A DNA stretch of 64,000 nucleotides from Octopus vulgaris (taxonomy: Eukaryota). Within the stretch, counting starts at the first letter, position 1. Each line of letters starts with the position of its first letter. This document shows, one piece after another, positions 1 to 12,375 of this stretch. The position numbers were made by a program, and so were the translations under genes. The DNA is taken from NCBI GenBank assembly GCA_951406725.2, contig OX597826.1, positions 12,214,001 to 12,278,000 on the forward strand, given 5' to 3'. The notes beneath the pieces were generated by a model. That model made no database searches. It was given only the letters and a program-made list of their open reading frames with translations, and had not been told where the DNA came from.

Positions 1-137
1 GAAAAGGGTGTACCAGTCATATAAAAAATTCAACTTAATGCATGGTCTTGTATCTGCTACTAAAATTCAAATTGTGAATAGGATTTATACTTTCAATTCA
101 TCATCATGTATATATACGTACATACATATATTTATAT

Positions 138-186
<49 letters not shown>

Positions 187-190
<4 letters not shown>

Positions 191-342
191 GGAGTAAACA
201 CATAAATGTGAAACAAGGTGGAAAAAAAGAGTACTCAAATACCAGTGGTAGAGTAATATGCTTTATTTTAAGCAGCAGAAAATTCAACAAAATCTGTTAC
301 TCTGAGTTTCTCGTTGCCGTTCATCAGACAGTTTTTGCTAGA
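187..342 (-). mobile_element. Penelope-like element terminal repeat (pLTR) remnant
   Basis: The first ~60 bp (taccggagtaaacacataaatgtgaaacaagg...caaataccag) recur almost identically at 18933-18990. It carries a minimal hammerhead motif on the minus strand, a known hallmark of Penelope pLTRs. Confidence 0.6.
294..331 (-). ncRNA. Minimal type I hammerhead ribozyme motif
   Basis: Minus strand reads CTGT-CTGATGA-ACGGCAACGA-GAA-ACTCAGAGT-A-ACAG. This gives stem I CTGT/ACAG, core CUGAUGA, a short stem II with GCAA loop (first pair A.A mismatched), GAAA, palindromic stem III ACTC-A-GAGT and cleavage triplet GUA. Confidence 0.7.
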
Positions 343-418
343 ATGGAACTGATATATCAATATATATATATGTATGTATATATATATATATATGTATGTA
401 TGTATGTATGTATATATG

Positions 419-910
419 TATATGCATCAAATGAAATCAAAAACAGAACACAATGGATGTCGCGGTACACGTGTTTCAAGCTTTATAAAACGACCGATTC
501 TTACATCATTGTATAATCGACATAAAGGATGGTTTAAAGCCCTCTTCAGCCGCATGCAATTGCTATACCAAAGACTTACATCACTCTATGTTGACTGATG
601 ATACAATATGGACGGATTTTCGAAGTCCAATGATACCCTACACACCTATTTGTTTATGATGATTTACAAACACACTTTCTCAGTGAGACTCGATATACCT
701 ACTATTATGGGTAATACCAAATGAACCTTTCGGATTTTTCATAATGTGATGTAAGTCTTTGGTATAACAATTGCATGCGGCTGAAGAGAGCTTTAAACTA
801 TCCTTTATGTCGATTATACATTGATGTAAGAATAGGTTGTTTATAAAGCTTGAAACACGTGTACTGCGACATCCTTTGTGTTCTGTTTTTGATTTCATTT
901 GATACATATA
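419..910. repeat. Foldback element 1 (long inverted repeat)
   Basis: Arm ~419-590 is the reverse complement of ~740-910 (about 170 bp, roughly 90-95% identical by eye), with a ~150-bp spacer. Confidence 0.9.
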
Positions 911-974
911 CCCTCTCACCTCTGCTACTAGCTGGCGTATACAGGTGCTTACACTTATCAAGTATTCACCCTGA

Positions 975-1073
<99 letters not shown>

Positions 1074-1255
1074 TGTATATATATATATATATATATATAA
1101 CAAGGTAAAAGTTTATATTTTTCACACCATTCGAAAATTGGTCTTAAAATGTGGTTTTGGTCGTTTTGACTGCTTCTTCTATCGTATAAAAATTACCTAT
1201 TAAAGGTAGTTTACTCTTGTGTTTAAATGTACGCTATTTTAAATATATATATATA

Positions 1256-1650
1256 CTAGCAGTATCGCCCGGCGTTGCTCGGGTTTGTAAAGGAAATAAC
1301 TATATAAGCATTTTTAGAGATGTAAAGTATAATAGCCATCTCAATATGGCTAACCACAAAGGGGTGGTGTTACTGTAGCTTTTTACGTTCTGAGATTTAA
1401 TAATAAATTTTTAGAGAGTTACTTCCCTTATATATGCCAAAATGCATTAAAAATGGGAAAAATTGATGGTAAATATTTTTAAAAATCGTAAACTCATCGT
1501 AGACGCACGCTAATACCCAGAAGGGCTCGATATGAATCACGACTATAAGATACTCGGTTTTGGTTAAACTGCACCGCAAAATGTGGGAGTATTTAGGAAT
1601 CCAAATCGTAGGAGACAGACAGCACACAAACTCTCTTTTATATATAAAGA
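1256..1650 (-). mobile_element. Non-autonomous Helitron (395 bp)
   Basis: Minus strand starts A|TCTTTATATATAAAAGAG and ends CTAG|T. A GC-rich subterminal hairpin CCCG-AGCAACGC-CGGG (plus 1268-1283) sits just upstream of the 3' end. Inserted between A and T with no TSD. Confidence 0.8.
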
Positions 1651-1665
1651 TATATATATATATAC

Positions 1666-1730
<65 letters not shown>

Positions 1731-1736
<6 letters not shown>

Positions 1737-2212
1737 ATAAAATGTCGGGTACGATCAGTACCTGTTTGCTTGAAAGAGGATTTAAACCCTCCCAAACAAC
1801 GCATCACTCACTATATGTAGACACGCACGGAGAATATAGCCAATACATTTCTCCGAAACAGTCCTTCCACTTGTATGATACATATAGTAAAATACAAATA
1901 AGATCATAGACATTCTGGTATCAATCGATTTCGCTTTCTCTGTTAAACCAACACTCAAAGCGCGTCAGCCAGACTTACTACATGAACTATTTAAAAACAC
2001 ACAGAAAGCGAAATCAATTGAGATCAGAATGTCTATGATCTTATTTGTATCTCACTACATGTATCTTACAAGTGGGAGGACTGTTTCGGAGATACATATT
2101 AGCTATATCTCTGTGCGTGTTTACATATAGTAAGAGATGCGTGGTTTTGGAGGGTTTTAACTCCTCTTTCAAGCAAACAGGTAATTTTCGTAGCCTGACT
2201 TTTTATTATACA
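1731..2212. repeat. Foldback element 2 (long inverted repeat)
   Basis: Arm ~1731-1942 is the reverse complement of ~2001-2212 (about 210 bp, imperfect) with a ~58-bp spacer. The flanking (TG)n and (CA)n tracts extend the symmetry. Confidence 0.9.
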
Positions 2213-2269
2213 CACACACACACACACATATGTATATATATACACACACATATGTATATATATATATAT

Positions 2270-2302
2270 ATAAATTTTTTTCGAAAAAGTTTATCCTATA
2301 TT

Positions 2303-2366
<64 letters not shown>

Positions 2367-2399
2367 AATATAGGATAAACTTTTTCGAAAAAAATTTAT
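2270..2399. repeat. Perfect 130-bp palindrome centred on (AT)n
   Basis: ataaatttttttcgaaaaagtttatcctatattagatgtaaattt-(AT)n-aaatttacatctaatataggataaactttttcgaaaaaaatttat; no mismatches seen. Confidence 0.95.
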
Positions 2400-2525
2400 C
2401 AGTGGCCAGCATATTAAAAAATACCTTTAAAGGTTAAATTTATAAACAACTTATAAATAAGGGCAAAAGAAAAAGATTCTAATGCCAAATATGCCGAAAC
2501 TAGACACATTGTCCATAAGTTGTAT

Positions 2526-2589
<64 letters not shown>

Positions 2590-2907
2590 GTGTACGCAAA
2601 ATATATTTTGCGTATTTGAATAATGCTTGCTGGTCAATTTATCATTATTTTTATATTTAATGTTAAATTTGAATATATGTGCGTATATATATATATACAC
2701 GTATTTGTGTATAAATACATATACATATACATGTGCACTCGCACGCTCGCAAATGCACATCATCATCCTCATCCTCACCATCATCATCATCATGAAACAC
2801 AGCATTGATTATACTCCGATCAACATAGCTTTATTTAGATGTATATCGATCCTCATTAAATTTAAGATGGCAGAATCGAGAGAGTAACAAGCCTTTTGAT
2901 ACTGTTT

Positions 2908-3022
2908 CCTCCTCCTCCTCCTCCTCCTCCTCCTCCTCCTCATCATCATCATCATCATCATCATCCTCATCATCATCAACATCATCATCACCATTATCAA
3001 CGTCATCGTCGTCATCATCATC

Positions 3023-3054
<32 letters not shown>

Positions 3055-3184
3055 CGTCGTCGTCGTCATCATCGTCATCCTCATCATCATCATCATCAAC
3101 ATCATCATCATTATCAACGTCATCATCATCATCATCATCATCATCACCACCATCGTCATCATCATCATCATCATCATCATCATT

Positions 3185-3227
<43 letters not shown>

Positions 3228-3287
3228 CCACCATCGTCATCATCATCATCATCATCATCATCACCACCATCGTCATCATCATCATCG

Positions 3288-3337
<50 letters not shown>

Positions 3338-3338
3338 G

Positions 3339-3373
<35 letters not shown>

Positions 3374-3383
3374 GTCATCAACG

Positions 3384-3419
<36 letters not shown>

Positions 3420-3457
3420 CCACCATCGTCATCATCATCATCATCATCATCATCATT

Positions 3458-3494
<37 letters not shown>

Positions 3495-3515
3495 ACGTCG
3501 TCGTCGTCGTCGTCG

Positions 3516-3572
<57 letters not shown>

Positions 3573-3615
3573 CCACCATCATCATCACCATCGTCGTCGT
3601 CGTAGTTGTCGTCAT
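2908..3615. repeat. Compound trinucleotide array (CCT)n then (CAT)n with CGT/CAC/CAA/TAT variants
   Basis: Directly visible; it explains the poly-His and poly-Met ORFs. Confidence 0.97.
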
Positions 3616-4699
3616 CTCAGTATGGTTTACTATTACCAGCTTGAATGGTATCGATGAACATCATGTTTGTGTGTGTGAGTGTGCGTGTGAGTAAGTGAGT
3701 GCACGCGCGCATGCGTATGTCTCTGTGTGTGTATCCCTAACTATACTATAAATCTGTCCAATTTTTGATATCATCAATTACCGTAATTCTTAATTTCGAT
3801 CTTACTCTATTTATTTTGCCTTCTATTGATATTTAAAATATCTTTCCTAATTAAATGTCCAAAATACTTTAGTTTTCTCTTTTTATGCCCAATTTTTCTA
3901 TTTTATCATTGATTTTGAGATCTTTCATAATGTTCTCAAAAATGACCGTTGGCCTACATCTCAATTCATTTGACGGTAGTTTCGCTAATAGCCATTTTCC
4001 CACACCCTATTGTAGACTTAACCATAATTATATATTAATTACCTTTCTTTCCAGTAGTATTAAATAGATACATCTACGACGGATTTAAAATTTAAATAGT
4101 TCGTATTTAGCCTTTATGATTTATTAGCCATCAATAAATTTAAAAATGGAGTATTATATGGATTTCAACTTCAATATACTCACGCCATTGCCCTTATTCT
4201 ATCATTTTATTTCAGACAGTGTTTATGTTTAAAAAATGAGATTAAAGAAATAATATTTTTCATAATGGGAATTGTATGCAATGTTCTTCAATATATTTAT
4301 ACAAATTTGAATGCCATGCAAGTTCTTATCCGTATCAGTTTGAGAGGATTTCTTCATGAAAATCAGTGACACTTCTACTCATTACAGTGCGAAATTTTAT
4401 TCATTTAAAATTATTTTTCTACCTTTCCAGGCTTAGGTAGTGTGATGTGCACTTAACTTTTTGTCCTTTATACTGTAGGTACCTCTGGGAAAATTTCCTC
4501 TGTACTGTATGCTCATTGATCTTTATCATACTAAAATGTAGCCGCGCTGCATCGTGTTGCTTTAAAAATAATACACATAAACTCAAGGTTATAACTTCAA
4601 TTGATTTTATGTTGTGAACACAAATCAAAGAGCAGATTTATAGGCATATTGCACCCATTCTACCATTATTGCTTAATGTAGTTAATCTTTCTTGGCGAC

Positions 4700-5055
4700 T
4701 GGTAGCTTGCTTAACAGCCACATGTTTCCGGGTTCAGTCCCACTGCGTGGAACCTTGGGCAACTGTCTTCTACTATAGTCTCTGGTCGACCAAACACTAG
4801 TGAATGGATTTGGTAGACGGAAACTAAAAGAAACCTGTCGTATATGCGTTTATATACATGTGTGTGTGTGTGTGTGTATGTGTGTTTGTTCGCTCCAACA
4901 TCGCTTGAAAACCGATGTTGGTGTGTTTACGTCCCCGTAACTTAGCGGTTCGGCAAAAGATGCCGATAGGATAAGTACTAGGCTTACAAAGAATAAATCC
5001 TGGAGTCAATTTCCTCGACTAAAGGCCGCAGTCACTTGATTGAAACAAGTAAAAG
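4700..5055 (+). mobile_element. SINE family A (tRNA-derived, CORE-like CCTTGGGCAAGT, internal (TA)/(TG) tract), diverged copy
   Basis: Aligns along its length with the copies at 36998, 42440, 53095 and 58410. Confidence 0.85.
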
Positions 5056-5811
5056 GGTATCCTAATAGACGATGAAACCTCTCAATTGAATTGAGTTTGG
5101 CTAGGATACACAACATGAACTAGAGGAACTACCAAGTGAGGGACATTGCTGGCGAAGCATTGTAAAAAGCTTATATTTTCTGGTAGCTTGAGTTAGACGA
5201 AGATTCGCCAAATTAACAATAGTATTCTGCGCGCACATACACTCACGCACGTACATCTATAATTTATTCATTTACTTTATAAAGGACAACAAACCGTCAT
5301 TCATACTAAAAGTGAGTGCGTTTTCATAGTCATTTCGTAGTCCTTTCATTGGTTGAGAGTTGTTAGTGATACCAGTGAGATTGTATAAAGAGTCCGGTGT
5401 CGAATATATGGTTCACAACATTGAGTTTCGTACTTCAATCATGATGGAATGTTCATAACTGTAGAAAAATAATTACTTTTCCTGATTTCAAAAATTCCTT
5501 GACTTTAGGTGTACGTGTGTGTTCATGTGTGTGTGTGCATGCGATGTGCATGTGTGCATATGTGCATGTATGTGCGTATTTGTGCGTATGGATGTGCAAG
5601 TGTCTATGAGTGAGCTGCTACGTTTTCCCATACTGAGTTACTAATTTGCACTTAAAAATTTTAATCAATGTGTTCTAAATGTATATATATATATATACGC
5701 TTATGCTTACATATCTATTTACATACAAAAGTGTATACACACAAAGATATGTACATATACAAATAAATGCATACATAGATACTTAAACACACACACATGC
5801 ACGTATATATT

Positions 5812-5870
<59 letters not shown>

Positions 5871-6162
5871 ATATGTATGCATGTATATATATACATATGT
5901 ATGGAAATGTATATACATATGAGTAACACAGATGTACAGGTGTAAATTCATTAAGGCCTTTTCAAAAGAATTCTTTAATTGATTAATGAAAACATTATAT
6001 CATTTGAAAGAAACCGTTCACACGGCAGGAATATCGGGTACAAACACCCCTGCTCGGAGTCTTGATATTCAATATTCAATTAATATAGTTTGGGTGTTCG
6101 GATTATATCAACCTAGCAAGGTGCCGCAATTTAACAACCTGAGTCAACGGATTCTTAATTAT

Positions 6163-6195
<33 letters not shown>

Positions 6196-6222
6196 CATAC
6201 ATACATATATATATATACATAT

Positions 6223-6337
<115 letters not shown>

Positions 6338-6431
6338 CACACACACACACGCCTATATATATATTAACGGCGGTGCATCAGCATGGCCGCAGCTCTGAGC
6401 TGAAACTAGTGAAAAATATATATACATATAC

Positions 6432-6503
<72 letters not shown>

Positions 6504-8053
6504 GTAAATATGTATATGCATACATACATTGATATGTGTATGCATGCATGTGTAGAATATATTCATAGGGAAACAGGAATAAATGCTGATATATCAACAT
6601 TGGCATATTTCACTGTGGAATTAAAGCTCTCTAACTTTTCCTATATTGTATTCATATTTCATAACAACACTGAATGGGTATATATTTGGTTATATAATGA
6701 GATAGAGTCTATTCTACACTTGAGTGTACATCTGTGTTTATGCATGTAGGACACTCCCTGAAAGTCGATAAAATCAATAATACATGATAGAGAATGGTAA
6801 AACCATTTATATATCGGTAGTTGTAGCATTCATTAATAATAACAAAATAGCACGTTCGCATATAAAGGTAAAATGTTACGCATATGCGTACATACATACA
6901 TACTTATATACATGCGTCCATACGTATGCACCCATACAAACATACTCACGTATATGATAATATATGTTTAATTCATAACAAAATAAAAACAGCGCAGTGG
7001 AGCAGCAGGATGTGTTGGAGGTGACGTGATATTCCTTATCATCTTGAAAGTCTATATTTTATTATTCACTTACCATAACATCGATAGAACCGTTTCTGGC
7101 ATATCAAATAATTATTAACTTTTACTCATTCTCATAATTCCATTAACGGTTAACAGAAACAGCAATGTCATATATTTTTGATCGATTATTTGTAAAAAAG
7201 TTAATTTCATAGACTGAAATCTGTGAAAATATTCAATAAATCTTCTTGATAATATTTTTTTTTTATTCTCTTTCCAATTTATTCCTGCATAAAAAATGTA
7301 TTCTAGAAATAAATAAATGAATATATAAAATACAAACATGCAATGATAATATTCACATATTTTAAAACTAAGCCATAGCAACTGTTGTAGTACACCTGAT
7401 AGCTTAATGTAAAAACAAGTTAGCAATAGGGTTTCAGTTTCTTTTATGCAAATGTGCTCCACTTAAACATGAACATTTCTTTTCTCTTTTGTAGTTTGGA
7501 AAATGAATAAATTTCACATCTTCCTTATTTCACTTTCGGTTAAAATAAGAGGTGAATTTGTAATCTAATAAACTTGAACCTTGCAAAGGAGGCAATTTCA
7601 ATATTTTTTTCATATTTTGGTGTAGTAAACGATATTGTTCCTACTCGTGTCACTTCGATTCAAGCAAAATTCGAGATAGCAATTTACGGAAATTGTTACA
7701 AATACTTTCACACATATCAATGCAAACCGGTTTTTGCTGTTTTAACAATAGCAAAAGCAGATTTTTGCAAATTCTAATTCAGATTGCTTTTACAAGTTAA
7801 GAAAATATTCATTAGTTTATATCCATATATTGTCATTAATAATGTCATAACAAATAGCATCATTCTTACTCCTGGTTATTTCATGAGAGTATTTAAAATA
7901 TGTATTGCAAGTTAGAAAGAGTACCATCTCGCACTGTTTAGAATGTCAGGGTGAATAAAACATGACAGTTAATTTACTACTCCGTTAATCCAGTCAATTT
8001 GTCCTTTGTATGTCAATACACACAAATACATAGGTAAATACATACATAGACAT

Positions 8054-8101
<48 letters not shown>

Positions 8102-9839
8102 TATATAATATACATATATATACATATACATACACCAATATATATATACACAATAAAAAGCCAGGTTTCGAGAGACGTGAATCATAAATACATAACAAAC
8201 GATGGATAGATGTCATTTCCTTACAGCTGTTTCCAACGAATTTTTTAATTGTTTAAAGTGTACATTGTGTCAATATAAAAGACTGTTTTTACTTCAAATG
8301 AATACACTAAAGGACATTTAGGAACATTAAAAAACATTTACAATCCACGGCATGTCCATATTTTTTCATTCCACGACCATCGTCTGCGTCTGTACGCATT
8401 AATCAATTAAAAAATTCGTAATGAACTAATTTTCCATCGTTTCTTATATATATCGTTTATATATATATATATATATATATATATGACAAAGCCTGATTCT
8501 CAAATGTCATACAATCACACACACTACAAGATATTTCATCCCATTTTCTTAAGAAAATTTAATTTTCATATCAGTACGTAATTGAAGAAAATATACCTCT
8601 ATTACTTCTCAAATTTCATTCCTATCATTGCTAATATGTGTGTATGAGTGTATATATATATATGCGTGTTTTTTTATGTGCGACGCGAGTGTGTGTGAAA
8701 GTAATTACTAAAGTCGAACGTTTCCTTTTTCCATATATGGAGATTAGCTTTGTCCTGAAAATGTTGCATATTTTTTGTACCATACAGTGCTAAATGCATC
8801 TTATAGAAAGTTTGTACGCTAATGGTACAGAATGTCTTCACCCCAAACATAGAGAAACATTTAAAAGATACCCTTGTAGTGAAGTATATTATAAGGTTAG
8901 ATCATGCATAATTCTGATATAGAATGGATTTTTGATGTATACTTAAAATTCTCGGGAAAATGGCATAGGTTTCAGAAAGACTGAGTTCAAGTCCATTATC
9001 TTTCGTCAACTTTTGGCTAACCGCTTCGATAAGTGTAAACTATATCGGCATAACAAGGCAAAGAAGTGAAAACAGAATGTGATTAATAATCTAGATACTG
9101 CCTAGCTGAAAACGTGCTTGTATATCACTAATATTTATTGCACAGAAAGATAATTTAAGACCAGCATAAATATACTTGACTGTGCAGAATATCTTCCGTT
9201 CTAGCGGCTCCCATCTAAGTGGAGTGTAATGTTCAGAGTTTGTTATTTTTCCCTTTTCCAAGGATTGTGTACAAAGGTGATCAAAGAAAAACACCACGTA
9301 GCGCCTGTCAAGGTTTTGTATTTATGTGTTTCTTTGTCCAGAACACCCGAGTTCTACTCACCTCATTTTTTTACATTTGGGATTTCGAAGGTGCGAATTC
9401 CAAGTAATAATCGCCAAAGATCTAAAATCTCTTCATATAGTTTATTGTGACAAAGTAATCTCAGATGCGAGTAGCAAGTGAAATCCTTTGTGTGTGATAG
9501 AACTAACATTGCAAAGTTTGTGGCTTGGGAAATAAGTAGATTGGTATTCTAATAAATCGGAAATTTATTACTTAATTGAAGAAGATATTTATCTATCATT
9601 AACATATTTTAAAGAAATAAAATTATTTCTCTATCTCACATAGAGAAACTACAAATAAATCAAATTGCATTGGACAGTTACAGAACAGCTTCGCCGTTCT
9701 GCACGCAACTCAGGAAAGGCTGGTTAACAGCACTTTGAATTAATACGAATTTATCCCGGCAGTGCTCCCTCGGTAGCACTGCAAGGCCAGGAATTTCGGA
9801 GAATTATCCATAGATCCCGACACGAAAATCCCCCGGAAC

Positions 9840-10585
9840 AACTAGCCAGCTGATTTTCGTCGACGCCCAGAGTCTTCCCGAAAACGTCGTCTCACTTGGC
9901 CGTAGCTACATTTTCCTGTTCTTAGCATGAGACACAATGTCTTTTAGTGGTTTCTCTCGCTGCGAATATGACAACTCGGCTTTCTATCATCGACTGCTAC
10001 GAATAGTTGTGTACCATTAGGGAAGCTGACAAGCCAGGAATGACTTCGATACTCTTCTAGTCGGTCCGGATCAATTATTGTATTTCTGTGCTTGATCAAT
10101 TTTACCTTCTTGTGGCCACCAGTAAAGGGATGTTATATGCTACCTTTATTTTAAATACCCCCAACCGATGTATGTCAGAATTAGAAACAGTTCTTTATAT
10201 TGGAAGTGGTGGTGGTTGTGGTGGATTTGTTGTTTCCACTTCTGGTGGTACATTTGCCGTTGTTACTGCTGTTTGCTTTACCTCCGTTGTCCTTCCGCAT
10301 ACTTAAAGTCGTACTACTATCGGTAATGGTGGTGGGTTGGCGGTGTGATTGTGATGTTTTCCTGCTGGTTTTTCCTGCGATTTTGCCAGCTTCTAGCAAC
10401 CAAGCGGTATTGAGAATATTGTTGTTGATGCTGTTGCCTATACCGTTACCTCCACTCCCCCCTGTCAGCTGGTAGTCATTTAGTGGAGTGGGTGAAAGAA
10501 GAGAAGGAAAGACTTCGGTTGTAGGAGGTTTGCTTACCTCTCGTTGCCCGCATGATGGATGATGTTGACGCCATTTTGTATACAT
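9840..10585 (-). pseudogene. Degenerate LINE ORF1 (gag-like, L1/Tx1-type zinc knuckle)
   Basis: Minus frame reads ...IIDPDRLEEYRSHSWLVSFPNGTQLFVAVDDRKPS-CHIRSERNH*KTLC, a CX2CX4HX4C knuckle at 9932-9973 with C->R and one stop. The low-complexity 134-aa ORF 10181-10585 lies upstream on the same strand and is probably its N-terminus. Confidence 0.55.
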
Positions 10586-10834
10586 ATTTTCTGTTTTAAA
10601 TACTAAACAGGCACTTTTTGGGAGGGCAAAATATTGCCCCTTATGGAGTAGAGTAACAAAAGAATACCAGTCAAAAAATTTCTGTTGCTCTCGGTAACAA
10701 ATAATATCATAAGCCCTGCACAGAAAGCAATAAAAAATCGGTGAAAACGATTATTTTGAATGTGACTTATGCAACATTGTTCAAAAATACGTCTGATGTA
10801 TTCCGCAGCAAATATAATAATAATAATAATGATA

Positions 10835-11020
10835 ACAATTTTAAGTGGGATTGGCAAGTCGATTACATCGACCCCAGGATTGGACGGCTCCTTTTTTTTA
10901 ACGGACCAGCAGGCTAAAACGAAAGTTGAACACGGCGGGGTTTGAACACAGGCCGTCGGCAGCAAATACCACGTGGTATTTGTTCCCAGTCTCTTCGGAT
11001 TATGCCAGTTCATCGCCGTA
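10835..11020 (-). mobile_element. SINE family B, highly diverged
   Basis: gtcgattacatcgaccccag...gaaagttgaacacggcggggtttgaacac matches the reverse complement of the family B body. Confidence 0.6.
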
Positions 11021-11648
11021 ATTATAGTTATGATAATAGAAATAGTCGAATCGCTGCAAGATTTAGCGATTGTCTGCTGCTAGTATAAATATATAGTAAG
11101 TTGCTATTAGGTCTGTCAGTCAAAATAAGTAGAAATTTTAGAGAACTGGAAGACTATTTTCGACCGACTTACCTCTTGCTCTAATCTTACTTTAGTCACA
11201 CAATGGATTCGGTTGTCTACTAAGTGTTCCTCATTATATTAGTGTCGTTATACGAAATCACAATTCTTTATACAGAGGATGATACATAATATTGGTAGCC
11301 ATTGCAGGCAACCTTCCTAAAAGCCTCAAAATAAAATATACTCTTCCAATTCAAACGGTATTTGTATGTATTTATAGGAATTTTTTTGAAGACATTTCTT
11401 TTCTGATCTATTTACGTTATGTACTGTCTCGAATATATAATAGCATACGCAATATATCGAATAACTGATTACAGGTTTGACCTTTAGAACATACGATTTA
11501 TGTATCAATATATTCTTCTGTCTTGTATAACTTATTGTCTTGATATTTTCTTAAGTTTATATGTAGTGAGTGTGTGTACAAATGTGTGTACTTGGTTTGG
11601 GCGAATGGAAATTATTTAATAATATATTTCAATATCTATCGCCCTGTG

Positions 11649-11684
<36 letters not shown>

Positions 11685-12375
11685 GTTATGTATATTTACA
11701 TATGTTTGTATATATATAAATACATATAAATATGTATGTGCAGAATATATATATATATGTGTGTGTGTGTGTGAGTGTGTGTTGTGTGTGTGTGCGTGCG
11801 TGTGTGTGTGTGTGTCTGTGTGTATGTACATATATACACACATGTATATATGTACATACATGTATATATTCATATATGAATATTTATATACTCATAGAAA
11901 CACACGCATAAATGCGTGTGTGACTGCGCCTCATTATAAAGTCTATATATGTTACTGAGTGTCTTGTGTGGTCTGAGTTTAAGTTATTATAACCAGTGGT
12001 CCAGAAGAAATTTTGGATTTCTGTTTTTCATTGTATTATGAATAAAATTATGTCTCTTTCATGTCCACTACAATCTCTTTTGTCGCTAGATAGTTTGCTA
12101 ATTATTTTTGTGTCCTGAATGAAGATGATTCTACAAATATGATGACGTTTCACTGTGTTAAAACACAACATATTTTTTTTAATATTCAAAATAGTTTGCC
12201 TACCTACTTCTTTGGTTAGGGAAGAACTAGTGACACACAACGCTCTGCTTTACTTCTTGATTTTTTCTAGGTTGGGGGACTATGTCATCAGAGCAGTGTA
12301 GAAATTCTGGAGAGACATTGTTTAAAGAGATATTGTTGGTAGTACAATGGAATGTCTATCAAAATGATTAACCCA

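Noticed and set aside
2809-3657. 253-aa poly-His and 268-aa poly-Met ORFs
   Set aside because: Pure (CAT)n/(ATG)n microsatellite translation with no splice or domain context.
12245-12350. Strong plus-strand polypyrimidine/AG acceptor (similar one at ~9245-9262)
   Set aside because: No convincing donor or recognisable peptide; such motifs are common in AT-rich DNA.
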